Positions 37,101 through 50,200 of a stretch of 64,000 nucleotides of DNA are shown piece after piece. Each line of letters begins with the position of its first letter. The stretch's first letter is position 1. The stretch covers positions 30,876,001 through 30,940,000 of the forward strand of contig OZ116701.1 of the NCBI GenBank assembly GCA_964199315.1, read 5' to 3'. The notes under the pieces were generated by a model. That model was not told the DNA's origin. It saw nothing but the letters and a program-made list of their open reading frames with translations, and did no database searches. Position numbers and translations under genes: made by a program. Source of the DNA: Orbicella franksi. Lineage: Eukaryota.

Positions 37101-40100
37101 GGCGCGTTCAGCAACTGCACTGTTGTGCAGTGTAACAATTGAAGATATTTCTTAACTCTTGCTAATAGCTTTAAATTACCAAATGTGTTAAGCGTGCTCA
37201 CAAGTTGTATATAGTGTAGTTATCAGTTGATAACTGAACTTACTACGGAGTACGTGTTTAAGTGTCCTTCCTCCTTCCTTAAGTGTCCAACTGCCTCTTT
37301 CAGTATCGCGACGAAGAGGTTTTGTTCTCATCCTCAAAATTTTGTGAGGTCACCCCTACATCAACTTCGCTCTTTTTGTCAATACAAGAAACCAAGTTTT
37401 GTCACAAGTTCATGATGAATAGGCTCCGTTCGATATATCAAAATTCTAACATGGCTCTGAGGCTTTCAAGTCGAAATTGCAAATTCTAAGGTTCTTTTGT
37501 CCCTCAATTCCCAAAACACCTCCAAATAGACGTTTGTCCCGAAAGCCTCGGAACAATGTCAGTATATTGATAGATCGAACGTGGCCTATAAGCATTTTGT
37601 GTGCGGCCCATGAAAACAGTGAAGGACAATTGTTTCATGGCTTGTTGTTAAAGACATAGTGCAATTATCCAATCCAATATCATACACTGTACAATTTTGC
37701 TGCTACTTACAAATCATATTCTAGCCGCTTCGTTGTTTCATAATATTTGGTCACTCGGTTGAAAGCAGCTGTTCGGAGTGACGTCAAATGCTCGGGGACC
37801 TGTCATGTACAATTGTTTCTTTCGGGATTATAAATTAATGGCAGCGAAGTTATATTGAACCGAAATGAGTTTTTTCCTTAATATATTGCTATATCGCCCG
37901 CGGCCTTCAGAAAAAGTATTGTCCATTCATCTTTGTTCTATATCTCTATAGTGAAATCACGTTCTTCGAAAGAAAAGTGGCAAGTGTCATAGGCAAAACG
38001 AGCAACGAACCCACATTTTAAGATCAAAGGAACTATTGTGGTTTTGTACGACAAAAAAAGCGTTAAAAGTTAAAGTGGCATGGTTTTAATTTACAGTTAG
38101 CGAATGAATATGCAAACGTCCCTTTTAATGTAAAACGTACGAAAAAATTAAATTGAATAGGGGATCTGGAAATTAAAATATCCAAGGTTGTTTTTTTATG
38201 AGCGGGCTTAGGTTAATACTTTGTGAAAAACACACTGATTGGCATTCTGTAGCTCCATCGATCTCAAACCCTCTTCAGTGTATTGTCTGTGATCAGCAAG
38301 TCACCAGAATGTTAATTCCGTCTTGCGTAAAACATCAGAATTAAATACTTTACTTATCTTGAGGTTTGGGGGTTTTGGGACTCAGATTTTTGTTCATGTT
38401 TCGTGGAGGGTTTCGGACCGTTTCGTAACTTCCATCTATGATATGAAATGGATGAGCAGTTTTATCATTGAAATGCGGGTTTCTAGTGATATCCAATATG
38501 TCCAAAAATCCGCCTTGTCTTAAGCTAAGTGGTCTGACAGAATGTCAGTATAACATATGAAATAAATTACTATATTTTGTCCATTTCGACTTTTCCGTGC
38601 AATTATCCGAACATTTCAATTATTAGCTAAATTCAATAGGTAAGCAAGCTAGCATGGTCGATTGTTGTGATATATCAGAAGCGGCTGCTGCAGACAAAAA
38701 CAGTATAAAACCTAATGTTCATGTTTTGTTGTTGTCTTTATTAGGCATGCATGCTCGTCTAAGTTTTGCTTTGAATTGTATTCAGCATGTTTGTCTTTGT
38801 TTTTCTTTTTCTTTTTCTCTGTAGCGTAACTATGTTACTCCTATCCAGCTTTCCTTTATTTCTTTCCTCTAAAAAGGTTGAAACGTGCTGCTGGGAAAAT
38901 TACAAACAACACAAAGAAAAACAAGAGAAGCTCAAAAATTTCAAGCTTCCAGGATTTGAAGAGAGCCAAGAAGACAAATTTTTGTCCAAAGATTCGGGTC
39001 TTTTTGAGGATGTGGATGATGTGCACTCGTGGTGGTCTCGATATCAGCCCAAGGTCTGGAAGAGCCTTGAGGAACCTTATACTTCATTTTGGGCAAAGGT
39101 AAGAAAAACTCACTTTATTGGTTGTCGACAATGGGGCAGGGGACGAAAATACTGAACGATGGGGTAAGGTAAAGTCTTGGCTGAAAGGAGTATATTTTCT
39201 ACTGTTACCTGATTGAAAAACAGACGTCATGTTTGAAATAAGGAGTTTTCAGGGAAACACTGCATTGTGTATGACATAATGTGCGCAACAGTAAGTGGAA
39301 ATAACTGTAAATTTCGTCACGTGGTGAAAGAGTTCAGGCAGCGAATTTGTGTAAATCTTGTAATGTGAAATAAAAATCGAAAAATTTTTTATAATTTGTA
39401 ACTGAAACGGAAAAATCACTAAATTTGTAAGATTTGTGGCTGCGTTCAACCCTGGGCATAATGATGAACTTGCATTAATTTTCTCATTTTTGAAAAAGAA
39501 AAAGTTATAAACAGGAGCAAATTAATGGTTTTTGATAAGCTATTTATCTACAAAATGGCAATAACAAAATCAGTGGGCTTACGTAAGCCATTTAACGGTT
39601 GCCTCTGATTGGTTTGAAGTCATTGCAATGAAAGTGCTTTATTCTCAATTCCAATATACTGAAAAATGTATTGACATTGTCGGGAGACATTAGATGTGTA
39701 GATCAACACAATATCGCTTCTTCTTTCACAGATGGTTGGAGTCGTGTCATTTGTCGTTTTCACAGCCTACATCATCAAATTTTCTTTGTCGACGCTTGAA
39801 TACTTCAGCGACAAAACTGCTCCTCGATACATTGCCTTATCAGTGACCCACCTCATCTGCGTATCATGGTTCACCATGGACTTTGCTCTTAGGCTCTTAT
39901 TTTCTCCTAATAAACGAGCCTTCGTAAAGAGCCCCTACACTTGGACGGACCTGATACCGCTGGTTCTTTTATACGTGTTCTTTTTCCACCCGTCGTTGGA
40001 AAAGATTCCATTCTTGGAGATGCTAGTCATGTTAAAAGCGGCACGTATTTTCCAGCTATTTAAACTGTCTTACGTTCTTCAAGTGCTTGTCAACACTCTT

Positions 40101-42806
40101 AAGGCGAGCTCCTGTGAGCTGTGCCTGTTACTAGTATTCATGGGATTCGTCATGGTAGTGTTTGCCAGCTTTGTGTATTTCCTGGAAAGACACGAGTTTG
40201 ACAGTGACTTCAAAAGTGTGCCCGAGAGCATGTGGTGGGCTGTGATTACCATGACAACGGTGAGTAGACTTGTTATAGAGCTTCGTCATATCAGCTGCTT
40301 GATTCTTGCGGTTGTTTTAATAACGAACGCTTTAATTCATCCCATTGTCAAAGAACTGACCTCTTGTTCCCCTAAAATACTCACGCTTTCCTATAGTTGA
40401 CCAACACTTTGAACTTCGCTACCTCTACAAACAAAGCTCGCCCATGCAGGTGGTAAGAGCCAACCATAAATGAGCTATTCTTTCTACGTAAGATGATGGT
40501 TGAGACAGTCAGAGTTTCACAATGACGAGAGTGCAGCATGGCGGTAACCTAGACGCAACCAAGCTTTAGTCATAAAAGCTGTTTGCCTTTACTCTACAGG
40601 TTGGTTACGGCGAGGTATATCCTCGCACGTGGATTGGAAAGACCGTGGGAAGCGCATGTGCAATATGCGGGGTGCTGGTCATTGCGTTACCAGTATCAGT
40701 GGTCGCAAGTAACTTTTCCCTCTTCTATACCTACGCCAAAGCGAGGCTCAACTTACCACCCAAGAAAAGGCGAGTTGCTTTCTCCCATGCTCTCACGTCC
40801 ATGCACAATCAGAGAACACAAGGAACACCCGATGACGGAGCGCATGCCAGATTTACGTCACTGTGCAGTGAGAGGCAAACAGAACGAAGCTTTCCCTCCG
40901 AGATCTCGATAAGTTGTTCGGTTACTCCCAGGGGAAGTTTAAAGAAATCCTCTTTCTGGTCTCTCCGTTCGATGTCGAGGTTACTGAGGCCTAAGAAACG
41001 ATCCGTAAGCCGAAGCAGATCATTGAATTCGGTGTTTTCAGATTTCAGGACCCAAAAGAAAAGATCTACAGAGGGAATCACCTTGCGATTCGAGCCGCCC
41101 TCTAGGGCGCCGTCGGTGACTGACATACCAAGGGATCAAATGGGAGGTAAATGTAATAATAATTCATTAGCAATTTGTTACGAGTTTCCGTAAAATTTCA
41201 CCGGGGTAATCAGTTTTTTTTAACCGTTTCTCGTTCAATTGGGATTATACTGGCTCTTATTTATGATATAGTTCACTTGTTTAACTCCCATCCAGGTTCG
41301 CTACCAGATGAAAACGCCTTACTTCACGTGCCAATGGGAACCAAAAGAAAAATTTCAGCTAAAGAAACTCCGAAAGAAATCCATCGGACCCCGCTGATAA
41401 ACAAATCGCTTTACCCACTACACCTCAGACGCGGCGCCGTGTCACCAGCGTCTTTCAGCCTCAAGAGCGCGTCCACGGCGTCTAGCTTAAACGCCTTGCC
41501 GCGAGGCTACAATGAGCTATACAACGCCTTGAACAGTAAAGGACCGATAATTCTTCTGTCGGATCAAGCCAGTGTGCAGAGCCTGTGTTCGATAAATTCC
41601 CGAATGACTTGTTCATGCTCGAGTTTGAGAACCGCGGGTAGTGATGGGCTTGCTAATACCGACGGGAATCGAACACGGTTAGGGAGTGATGGTAGTTTAG
41701 TGTACAGCCCGACAGAAAAGGTTGACGGGACTCAAGTAACTCTAAGCGTCCCCGTTGAGTGTCACAGGAAACGGAAAGACAGCAGCGAGAGTCGCACTGG
41801 TACAAAAGGGACCGAGAACAGTCACAGTCTGCCAGCGACGAAAAAGGGAAAACGCGAAAACGACGCGACTGATTACAGTAATGACAGAAATGAAACTGAG
41901 TTTAAGCCTGTAGAATTCGTGACGCTACCACATGAAGCGGAAGCCGGCAACAGAGGAAAACGTGACGGGAAGCTTGTAAATTCACAGGTAGATCATGGAG
42001 AAAATGCAAGTCATGGACATAGTAGGAAGAATGAAAATATTGTAGCTGACAATCAAAACGTCAATCAAAGTCAGCATTACCAGGAAACAATGAGCGAAAA
42101 TACACCAAATGAGGATAATTCACCAAGTGAATTTACCATTCCACAAGCAAATACCCCGTTTGAAAAAGGAGACGATTTCAAATTACCTGTTAAACCTGTT
42201 CCTGTAATGGGTAGGGCTGTATCAGCTTATTCCATCATGGAATACAATATTGGTAAAAATATGTCACCTAGAAACGGCGAGAATCAAGCCGTGCATAGCA
42301 ACTCTAAAGTGTTTGACTGTAAAAGTGAAAATGGCCCTAAAGGTCGACGACACAGTGCCTTCACGACGTGTCATGACAATAACGCTTCCTTGGTGAACCG
42401 ACGAAGGGGTCGTCTGAGTACAGGTTGCATGAAGGAACACGTGACCGAGTGCGAACCGCTGATCAACGGAAGTGAAGTGCAGGCTCACCCTTGTGAGGAG
42501 CTTGATGGGGACAAGGAGGAAGAAGATATTTTTATCTTTCAAAGCGATCAAAATTTTCAAAGCGGGAAAAGACTCCGAAAGATCGGGACAAGTGACTCCC
42601 CGCCAGGTTTCATTCAAGAAAAGCATCCCTCGTGGAATAGCAACACAAATACGGAGGGTAACCATGGTGATGAGGACTTGAATGATGAAACCGGGATTCA
42701 ACCTTGTTCGGAATCACTCAACAATGATTCCGCGTGTAGCAAGCTTCCCAGTATAAAAATTCAACATGACAATTCCTCTGAGCACGTAAGGACATCCCGC
42801 GTTTGA
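34113..42806 (+). CDS. Shaw: Voltage-gated K+ channel, Shaw/Kv3 family, paralogue B, ~1041 aa: join(34113..34430,38877..39098,39732..40259,40600..41146,41296..42806)
   Basis: T1 domain VVINVGG...[44 protein letters not shown]|VETCCW. Pore [10 protein letters not shown]|VGYGEVYP; S6 [16 protein letters not shown]. All GT-AG introns with consistent phases (0,0,0,1); 3126 nt in one frame. A 5'UTR intron is likely at 33952..34089. Confidence 0.9.
35128..35229. repeat. About 35-bp tandem repeat, roughly 3 copies
   Basis: atgg(g/a)caaatgctaatat..tttagtttatcctta repeated. Confidence 0.65.
36397..36450. repeat. (TTTTA/TTTTG)n pentanucleotide microsatellite
   Basis: Directly visible. Confidence 0.75.
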
Positions 42807-45280
42807 TATATCCCATAACTTAGAGACAGTCAACATGAAATTGTTTTAACCATTTATTTATATCGTATTCTAGCCTTGTTTCCAACTGGCTAGTTTTTTA
42901 AGGAACTGACAATTAAAAAACTTCGTGTTTTAAACTAAGTCAAGCAGAACGGTAATGGATCTTTTTACCGATGTTACGCAATATCAACAATTTTTCATAC
43001 TTTTCATTTTTTAGAATGAAAAGCACGAAGAATTGATAGTATTGCGTAAAAACAACAAACAAAAAAACCTCCATAGATCCCATATTCGTATTCTCATTGC
43101 TGGACTGTAGCTTGTAATGAAGGCTCATACGGGGAAATGTCATTAAAAAGAGATAAACGTCATTTGCATTTAACAAGACTCCCCGTATATTAGCCTCAGT
43201 TGCACGCTAGTTCCAGTCCAATGCCGGGAATACGAATATGCCCTATTTAGTGAATAAGCGAAGTTTTATAGGAATCCGCTGCAAGGTCGTGAAAATACGG
43301 GACCCTAAACTTGCAAATTTTTACAAAGAAACGTATGCCAAGGGGAAGTGTCAGAATTTTTGGTTGAATGAAAAGCGTCCTTGGTTTTCTTAGCGCACCG
43401 CGCTGGGCGCAGATTTCAAAATAACTACGGCTGAATGTCGTCCAGCTTTAATTTTTTCATACCTTCTTGATGAATCCATACTCAGTGTTTTGAGTCATAC
43501 GTCAAACTCTTCGACAACGCACCGTCATGTTACAACGGTGTGATGTGACGTCACAGACACTGTGAGGTCACAGTCCAAAAGTGCTTCCCGTCTGTGCTAA
43601 CAGCATCTTACACAAGTTCCAGTTATTATAAAAATGTGAAAAGAGATCATGCACTCAATGAACTATTATATAAAGTTAAGAATCTCATTCGCTGCTCAAA
43701 TGGCAAGAATACTGTATTCTGGTTAACACAAAAACAACGAAAAACAAAAAACAAAAAAAACTCAGTTTGAGTTACAGTTATTTTCATAGACAAAGCATCA
43801 CTATTCTGTTTTGATGTGTGACGAAGATGTATTACTTTTAGTTTTATGAAACAGTCTTTCTCGACTTACGTAATTGTAGTTTTTCTACCAGTGCACCTGC
43901 ATAACCCAGAAATAATGAAATAAACTGAACAAAATCTTACCCTGTCAAGAAAGTTATCTTCTGCAAAATATAAAAAAATGTATATACCTTCTGAAAGTGA
44001 ATTACCAACATTGGGTATGCGAAAAACATTGAAGTCAGGCTTTTCATTAACATATTTTTTTTAACAACTGGACTGCACGTAGGAGTTTTCCAAAAAACAA
44101 GGGCGTGTACATGTAGTGTATCACCCATCCACTCGTATAAATTTTCCGCTTCTGTAAACGGACGTTTTGAGTACGTTTACGTCTTTCGTTGGCACACGAA
44201 CGACGACTGAATGTTTATGTAAATCTATGTTTTGGTAAGACGCTCTCTAAAGTGAATAAATTCATAAAGAAAGGACAATCTAAGTATTCTCGCTTGTGGT
44301 CGGTATTCTATTTCTTTGACGTAATATCTACAATCTCTGTTAGTGAACGCTGAAGTCACGTGAATCGTCAGCCTCGCACTAGTGCTATTTAGATTGGTAT
44401 ATTTTTCAGCGCTTTATTCGTTTATCGTTTACGTGATGAGAACAGGTGTAAATGAGACGAAAACGGTGTTGTTCTATGCGTGAATAGATAACAACGGGAG
44501 AACCAATCAGAATTGCGTATTTCTAATGGAAGCCACAGAACCCCGTCTGTTTAATATATGATGAATTTTTTTTTTTTGCTCTACAAAGATATGAAAAGAT
44601 ATTTAGTCTGATAAAAATTGTTTTCATTACATTTGTAAAGCAGAAAAACCCCAGAGCATTTTCCAAAGGCGCTCCTAAAGATTTCTCCAAATTAAATAAG
44701 TAAATTGTTTCTAGAAAAAATTGATCAACGTAGAAACAAAAAACGGAATTATACCTGCTCTACAAACACGATATACGTGCTCCCAAACGTAGTGTGCGTG
44801 CTCTCCACACCCGGCAACAGATTCGACACTGAGACGAGTTACATCTAGTTTGAAGTAAACTAGTTGCGCGTAGTATACCTGTTATGTCAAATCTCTCCTC
44901 ACCTTTGTAAAAGAAATCTCTCGAGGCTGATTGTTGATCATGACTGCTACAGTATTCTAGTGCAACCTCTATTCATTTTGGTGGTGAATATTTTACAAGT
45001 TTTCCTACAGAAGAAGAAGGAATTACTAACTCTGCTGTAGCGAAACTAAGCTTCTTCTCGGTAACCGAGCTTTCACCTTTAAATTGCCATGAACTGTATA
45101 GCAAATCTCCTTTTTTAAGATAAAGGATCGCACATCTCAATGATTCCAAAAATATAATATCGACCACATTGCGAGACTCATATCTGGAATGAGCATTCCC
45201 CTGCTTTGCTCTACAAAAGAAGGAGGTTACTTTGCATGTTGAGACAGATCGTCTTTGCTTTTCACTCAATCTTGCAAACT

Positions 45281-46558
45281 CTATTTGGATAAAGGGATGC
45301 CGGCTAAGGCGACTTCCAAGATACGATGAAGTTTTACGTTCACCCTCGGAGGCTCGTAGCAATTTAGAACTTTAATTCTCTCGTCCAAGCGACTGTTAAT
45401 TCCTTTGAGCGCTTTTGTTATATCCTCCATTTCTCGGTTAAAAATTTCTGATTCCCGGGCGCGCCTTTCCTGATCGCGCTGCAGCTGTTTATAAAATGTC
45501 TCCTTTCTTCGCCGAGTAGCGCTTCGATTCAAGACGTTGTTCTCGGCCAACTTGTTGTAATCGTTGCGTAATTCTCTGATGGCCTCGTCTCGGCTCTTTG
45601 CTGAAACCTTCTTTCTGCCAGCCGTGCTGGTCTTCGTTAATCTAGGCAGCGTGTCTGTGGTAAGCTTGTTCTTTGTCGCCTCCGAAGTAACATCGGTACC
45701 ACCTCGAGCGAGCGATAGTTCTTCGGAAATCACGTCACATGAAGAATTTCGACCAGTCGCAGTTTCAAAGAATGAATTTTCGCTTTCAGCTGCAGGGCTT
45801 GGTGGTACTGTGTAAGATGACCCAACAGGGACAGCCAAAAAATCACCCGAAGCCGATGAAACAGGACTTTCAGGATTATTCACAAGCTTGATATCTACAA
45901 GTGTCGAAGTTTCCTCTTCAGAAATTGCCACTGTACTGAGCCTCTTACCCGCTTGCTCCCGTTCGCTATCGTTGTCGGTTTTAATCAGCGGTTGATCCAC
46001 ATCTGGCGTCCGAATGTACTTGTTGTAATTTTTGATGACATTTTCTGCAAGTGAGAGTCTGCGGTTTAAGATTTTTGAATGAGCGTCTGTAGAACCGAGG
46101 ATGTACTTCTTGTCTGTGCTGGATGGCGCCTGAGGAGCTGATAAACGGCGAGTGGATCCTGACGACGGTGGCTCCAGCTTATCCTTTCCAGTCTCGCTCG
46201 CTATGGAAAATCTGTGTTCGGGGCTCGCAGTTTTTAAGTACACATACGTTTCTTCTTCCTCATTTCCATCCTCGTCGTCGCTGTTTTCGTCGCTATCTGA
46301 TCTAGCAGTATTAACACTCTCTCTCTTCTTTACAAATTTCGGAACTTCTTCATCACTGTCGAAGGATCCCGCTTGACCGGTTTTAGCCAGCCTCTCACGA
46401 AGTCTTTCCCACGCAGTCGCTGGCTGATCCGATTGCTGGTGAAATTGTTGCCGTACCAAGCTGCGGACATAAGAACTGCTTCTCGAGAAATTTGCCAGGT
46501 GTGTCATTTGAATCCTTTCAGTTTTCCAATCTTCCGATGCGGCAGCTTTGTCACCCAT
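45281..46558 (-). CDS. Uncharacterised intronless protein, 425 aa; Ser/Glu-rich disordered core and C-terminal coiled coil
   Basis: A 1278-nt uninterrupted ORF in AT-rich DNA, ATG preceded by an in-frame stop; heptad-like C-terminus (ETFYKQLQRDQERRARESEIFNREMEDITKALKGINSRLDERIKVL). No family recognised. Confidence 0.8.
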   Translation of the reverse strand: MGDKAAASEDWKTERIQMTHLANFSRSSSYVRSLVRQQFHQQSDQPATAWERLRERLAKTGQAGSFDSDEEVPKFVKKRESVNTARSDSDENSDDEDGNEEEETYVYLKTASPEHRFSIASETGKDKLEPPSSGSTRRLSAPQAPSSTDKKYILGSTDAHSKILNRRLSLAENVIKNYNKYIRTPDVDQPLIKTDNDSEREQAGKRLSTVAISEEETSTLVDIKLVNNPESPVSSASGDFLAVPVGSSYTVPPSPAAESENSFFETATGRNSSCDVISEELSLARGGTDVTSEATKNKLTTDTLPRLTKTSTAGRKKVSAKSRDEAIRELRNDYNKLAENNVLNRSATRRRKETFYKQLQRDQERRARESEIFNREMEDITKALKGINSRLDERIKVLNCYEPPRVNVKLHRILEVALAGIPLSK

Positions 46559-46836
46559 TTCGTTTCTCAGAACTTCCAGAGAAGTTCAGTCGACCACTCA
46601 ACACTCAAATGAAGTTCCATTGTCAGGGAAAACAAGCCTAGGAAGTGATTATCTTAAAAACGATCAACCAAAACAGTTATCGAATCAAGTCTTCTCTGCA
46701 GAGCGTCGCATTCGCTATTGAAATGAAACATGCTGTGCAAGTGTGGCGATTTTCTTATTAGCACTGATCCAATTAATATTATTCCTGCTTTGTTATCTCT
46801 TTACCGTTAATATAAACGAGACCAGTATCAACAACT

Positions 46837-47210
46837 TATATAATAATCAAATGAATGCGCGCGCTCTGATTGGTCAATCAGCTATGGTTTATTGTGCCTG
46901 TAAACTCATGGAAATTTCGCGTGTCTTCTGAATTATTGTATAAAAGCAATAGATCACAAGTTTTTATGGTTTATAAGCTGATAAACCACGCGGTATGTTG
47001 GAAGAATACGAGAAGAATTCGTAAATCACGTGCCGCAGGCGAGTGATTTACGAATTATTCGAGTGTTCTTCCAACACCCTACCTGGTTTATCGAAGAAAT
47101 TGTAAATCACGAGCCGCGGGCGAGTGATTTACGAATTCTTCTCGTGTTCTTCCAACATCCCGCGTGGTTTATCAGCCTATAAATCATAAAAACTTGTGGT
47201 CTATTGTTTA
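46837..47210. mobile_element. Hairpin-ended non-autonomous repeat
   Basis: 5' gcgctctgattggtcaatcag motif, then an inverted repeat with about 85-bp arms (46947-47206) and a partial internal duplicate of the arm. Confidence 0.7.
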
Positions 47211-50200
47211 ATTAAGTTTTTAGAATATCAAAGGGAGACAAAATTAGAAAAAGATTGAAAATGATTCTGAATCTTCCTGTGAGCCCAACGTAAATGAAAT
47301 TTGAAGTCATGTTAACGGTACAGAGAAATCATCTGACGCATGTTCTGATTTTGGGCTCTGATTTACTCAAGAAATGAATCTCTGTGTTGTGGTTTCTAAC
47401 TTTGAGGCACGTGATATAGCATGATGTCTTCAGGTGGTTTACTTTGGTAGGCAAATGGAATACCAGGTGCATGCAAACACGAAGACGTCTTGTGATTGGT
47501 CTAGAAAGCAAGTGGTACTGCGAGCTCGAAAAACAAAAACGCACGTGACTTCAGCGGGCTCAATTGTGACGCACCGATCAATTAAAAATCGTGGTCTTTT
47601 TCCCGACCAATTTAGTATTGGCGGAGAAAAAAATTTAAGGCCATAGAAAAACAGTTTGAACGAAAATTTCAAGGAAGCGTCTTTGAAGTTTAGCATCCAA
47701 GTAGAAAATGCCGTGATAACTTCATAGAAATTATAGGCATAAAGCAAGAACCACGTGTGTTATACGTTGAGTAATGTTATCAATAACAAACTGAGATAAA
47801 ACTCAGCAAGATGAAGTCACAACCAATGGAAAGTTGGTGAAGTGGGAATGAAGAAACATGAAAAATCAGCAACACGCCTACAGCTGTGTGTTGCCCCTTA
47901 CGTAAACTAATATCTTTTACCGGTTAACGCGAAAACTAAGAAACACTCGAACGAATTTACCCAATTCTAAGCCAGAAAAAAACGAATTCAAAATATGTGA
48001 AAGTCGATTTCTATATTCTCAGTACCCGCCTGCTAGACAATATTTCGATATTACAAGAAAATAAGATTCTTAGCGATTTTGTTAAAGGAAAATTAAAGTA
48101 TTTATATCAAAAAGTGGTCTCGATACTGACATAGGACAACATACTTTTGTTAGACATAAAGATCCTTAAAAGATCACGATTGTAAAAGATCTTATCGCGT
48201 AAATCTCGTATTGGTTTATTGGTAATTCAAAATTTAATCCAGTCTTAAACATTGCATCCAAAAATCTTTGTTCATTGTTGCGCGGATTGCTTCAAAAGTG
48301 AGTCGACCACCAGGAGTTGTATTTAAATAAAAAAAAATAATAATAATAATAAAAACTCGCACATAGCAGGACCACCAATCTCAAGACAAACAAACTTATC
48401 TAAATATCTAACTTGTTAAACTTTAATGAAGCAGCAGTATTGGAACTTTTATGTTCACATAAACAGCAAGATGACTATCAGAATAAAATCATACAGTTTA
48501 AAAGAAGTGCCGCGAAAAAAACAGAGAAAATATACAACAGGCAAGGAAAAAGAGCCAAGATTTAAGTTTACCGTTATCCTAAGTACAAACCATTCGTGTG
48601 CAGCTATTTAGCAGGGCGCTCGTTCATCAAACGTTTGTTGTAACTCCATGAAAGAAAGGAACATATGCAAATGAACACTTCAGCTTTCATTAAGCGGGCC
48701 CATATTAAAACATCTAATCCTTATTTCGATGCCGCATCTGGTTATTATTTGTTGGTTGATTTTTAATTGTTCCACGCCAGACTACCAAAAGCCACCTTGT
48801 TAAAACAAATTAATCGCATTTTGATAAAACGGTATTTCTTCTCCCATTTTCATGTTCGTTTTAGTCGATGAGCGCATGAGAAGTCTTCCCCCACCTTTCT
48901 TCACTTAAGAAAATCCAAAACAAGATTTTTTTGTAAGAATTTATGTTAATTCACGTTATTTACTTTTATCGAATAAATATGAAACATTTTCTTTTTTCCC
49001 TTTTTTCCCTAACACATCTATACACCACTTAAAAATTACAAACTTAAGAAAAAGTACGCGCTCTCCAAGTTTGAATTGTTTTATCTTTCCGTTACGGATA
49101 AAACTCTGTACCATGAACCCGTTCAATGAGTATCTGAATTATAGAAACTCATACTGCAAGAAACTATAACTCGATAGCATTCAATTGAATGTGTAGACGC
49201 GCTCTACCGTGTACAGCATAATAAACAGAAGCATGTGAAAGTACCGCTCAATAGCTTTCATTTATGAACGGTCACAAACAGTCACAGCAACACGATAGCA
49301 AACTTGAGGTTGAAGCCCGGGAATGAAATGGTTAACGAACTGGAAGATTTCATGACTGCTATTGACCAATGAAAACATTACACGAATAGTTAGGTGAAAG
49401 CGCACCTTGCCACGTCAGCATGCAACCACTGAATTAAAAATCGCGGCTTCAATTAAAATTTGGTCACGGTGATAGGTATTCCTTGAAATTCTGCAGGTCT
49501 TTCGACCTCGATAAAATTTTGCTCTCTTGGTTTTATGTCTCTTAGTATCTGGTAATTAACTTGGAATTTCTTGCCCTCAGGTTGAAGAACTTCAAATAGT
49601 TAACGGTGGTTCATTATATATTTATGACCTGTTCAGTTACAAGGCTAGCAACTTCATGTTGCATTAGATAGGGAGTCTTTCATTTAAAACTTAGCATTTT
49701 GTTTCTTAGCCAGCATTTTTCAGTTCCACATCGTCACGCAACCCACCACTCGCCTCGATTTCTCACCAACATAGACAAGTCATCCCTGACTCTGTTTAGG
49801 GCTTGGAAAGAGCAGTCTTCGGTATGACTTTGATTTCCAAACTCTAAACCTCGCGATGGTCTCTCGGAAAACGAATTGCCTGGCTGCCTTGAGATGCTCC
49901 GTGACAGCTTGCTTCACGTTGTTGTCGGACCGGTTACTCTCTGCATCTGAAACAAGAAAAAGAAAACTTTTCCTAGAAAAAACGTAGATTGTAAGAACAA
50001 CAAGAAAGGTAAACCAGTTGTCGTATTACCAACTCAAGAACTCAACTCGTATTTGGGGAAAGATGCAATCAAGTCCATGAGACAATTACGTAATCTTCCA
50101 GGTCTACAAAGCTGAAAGAACGCGGAAACTTTTGGTGCAGTACAATATCTAAGTACACAAGACACTCGTGATTGCAATTCCAGCCCAAGAGTAACAACAA

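Noticed and set aside
41175-41295. Start of the 543-aa ORF as an independent gene
   Set aside because: It is intron sequence; the ORF is explained as the last exon of Shaw B through a phase-1 GT-AG intron.
21090-43553. Three perfect CRE palindromes (TGACGTCA at 21090, 37779, 43546) around the channel genes
   Set aside because: A few 8-mers in 64 kb are near chance expectation, and no conservation data are available.
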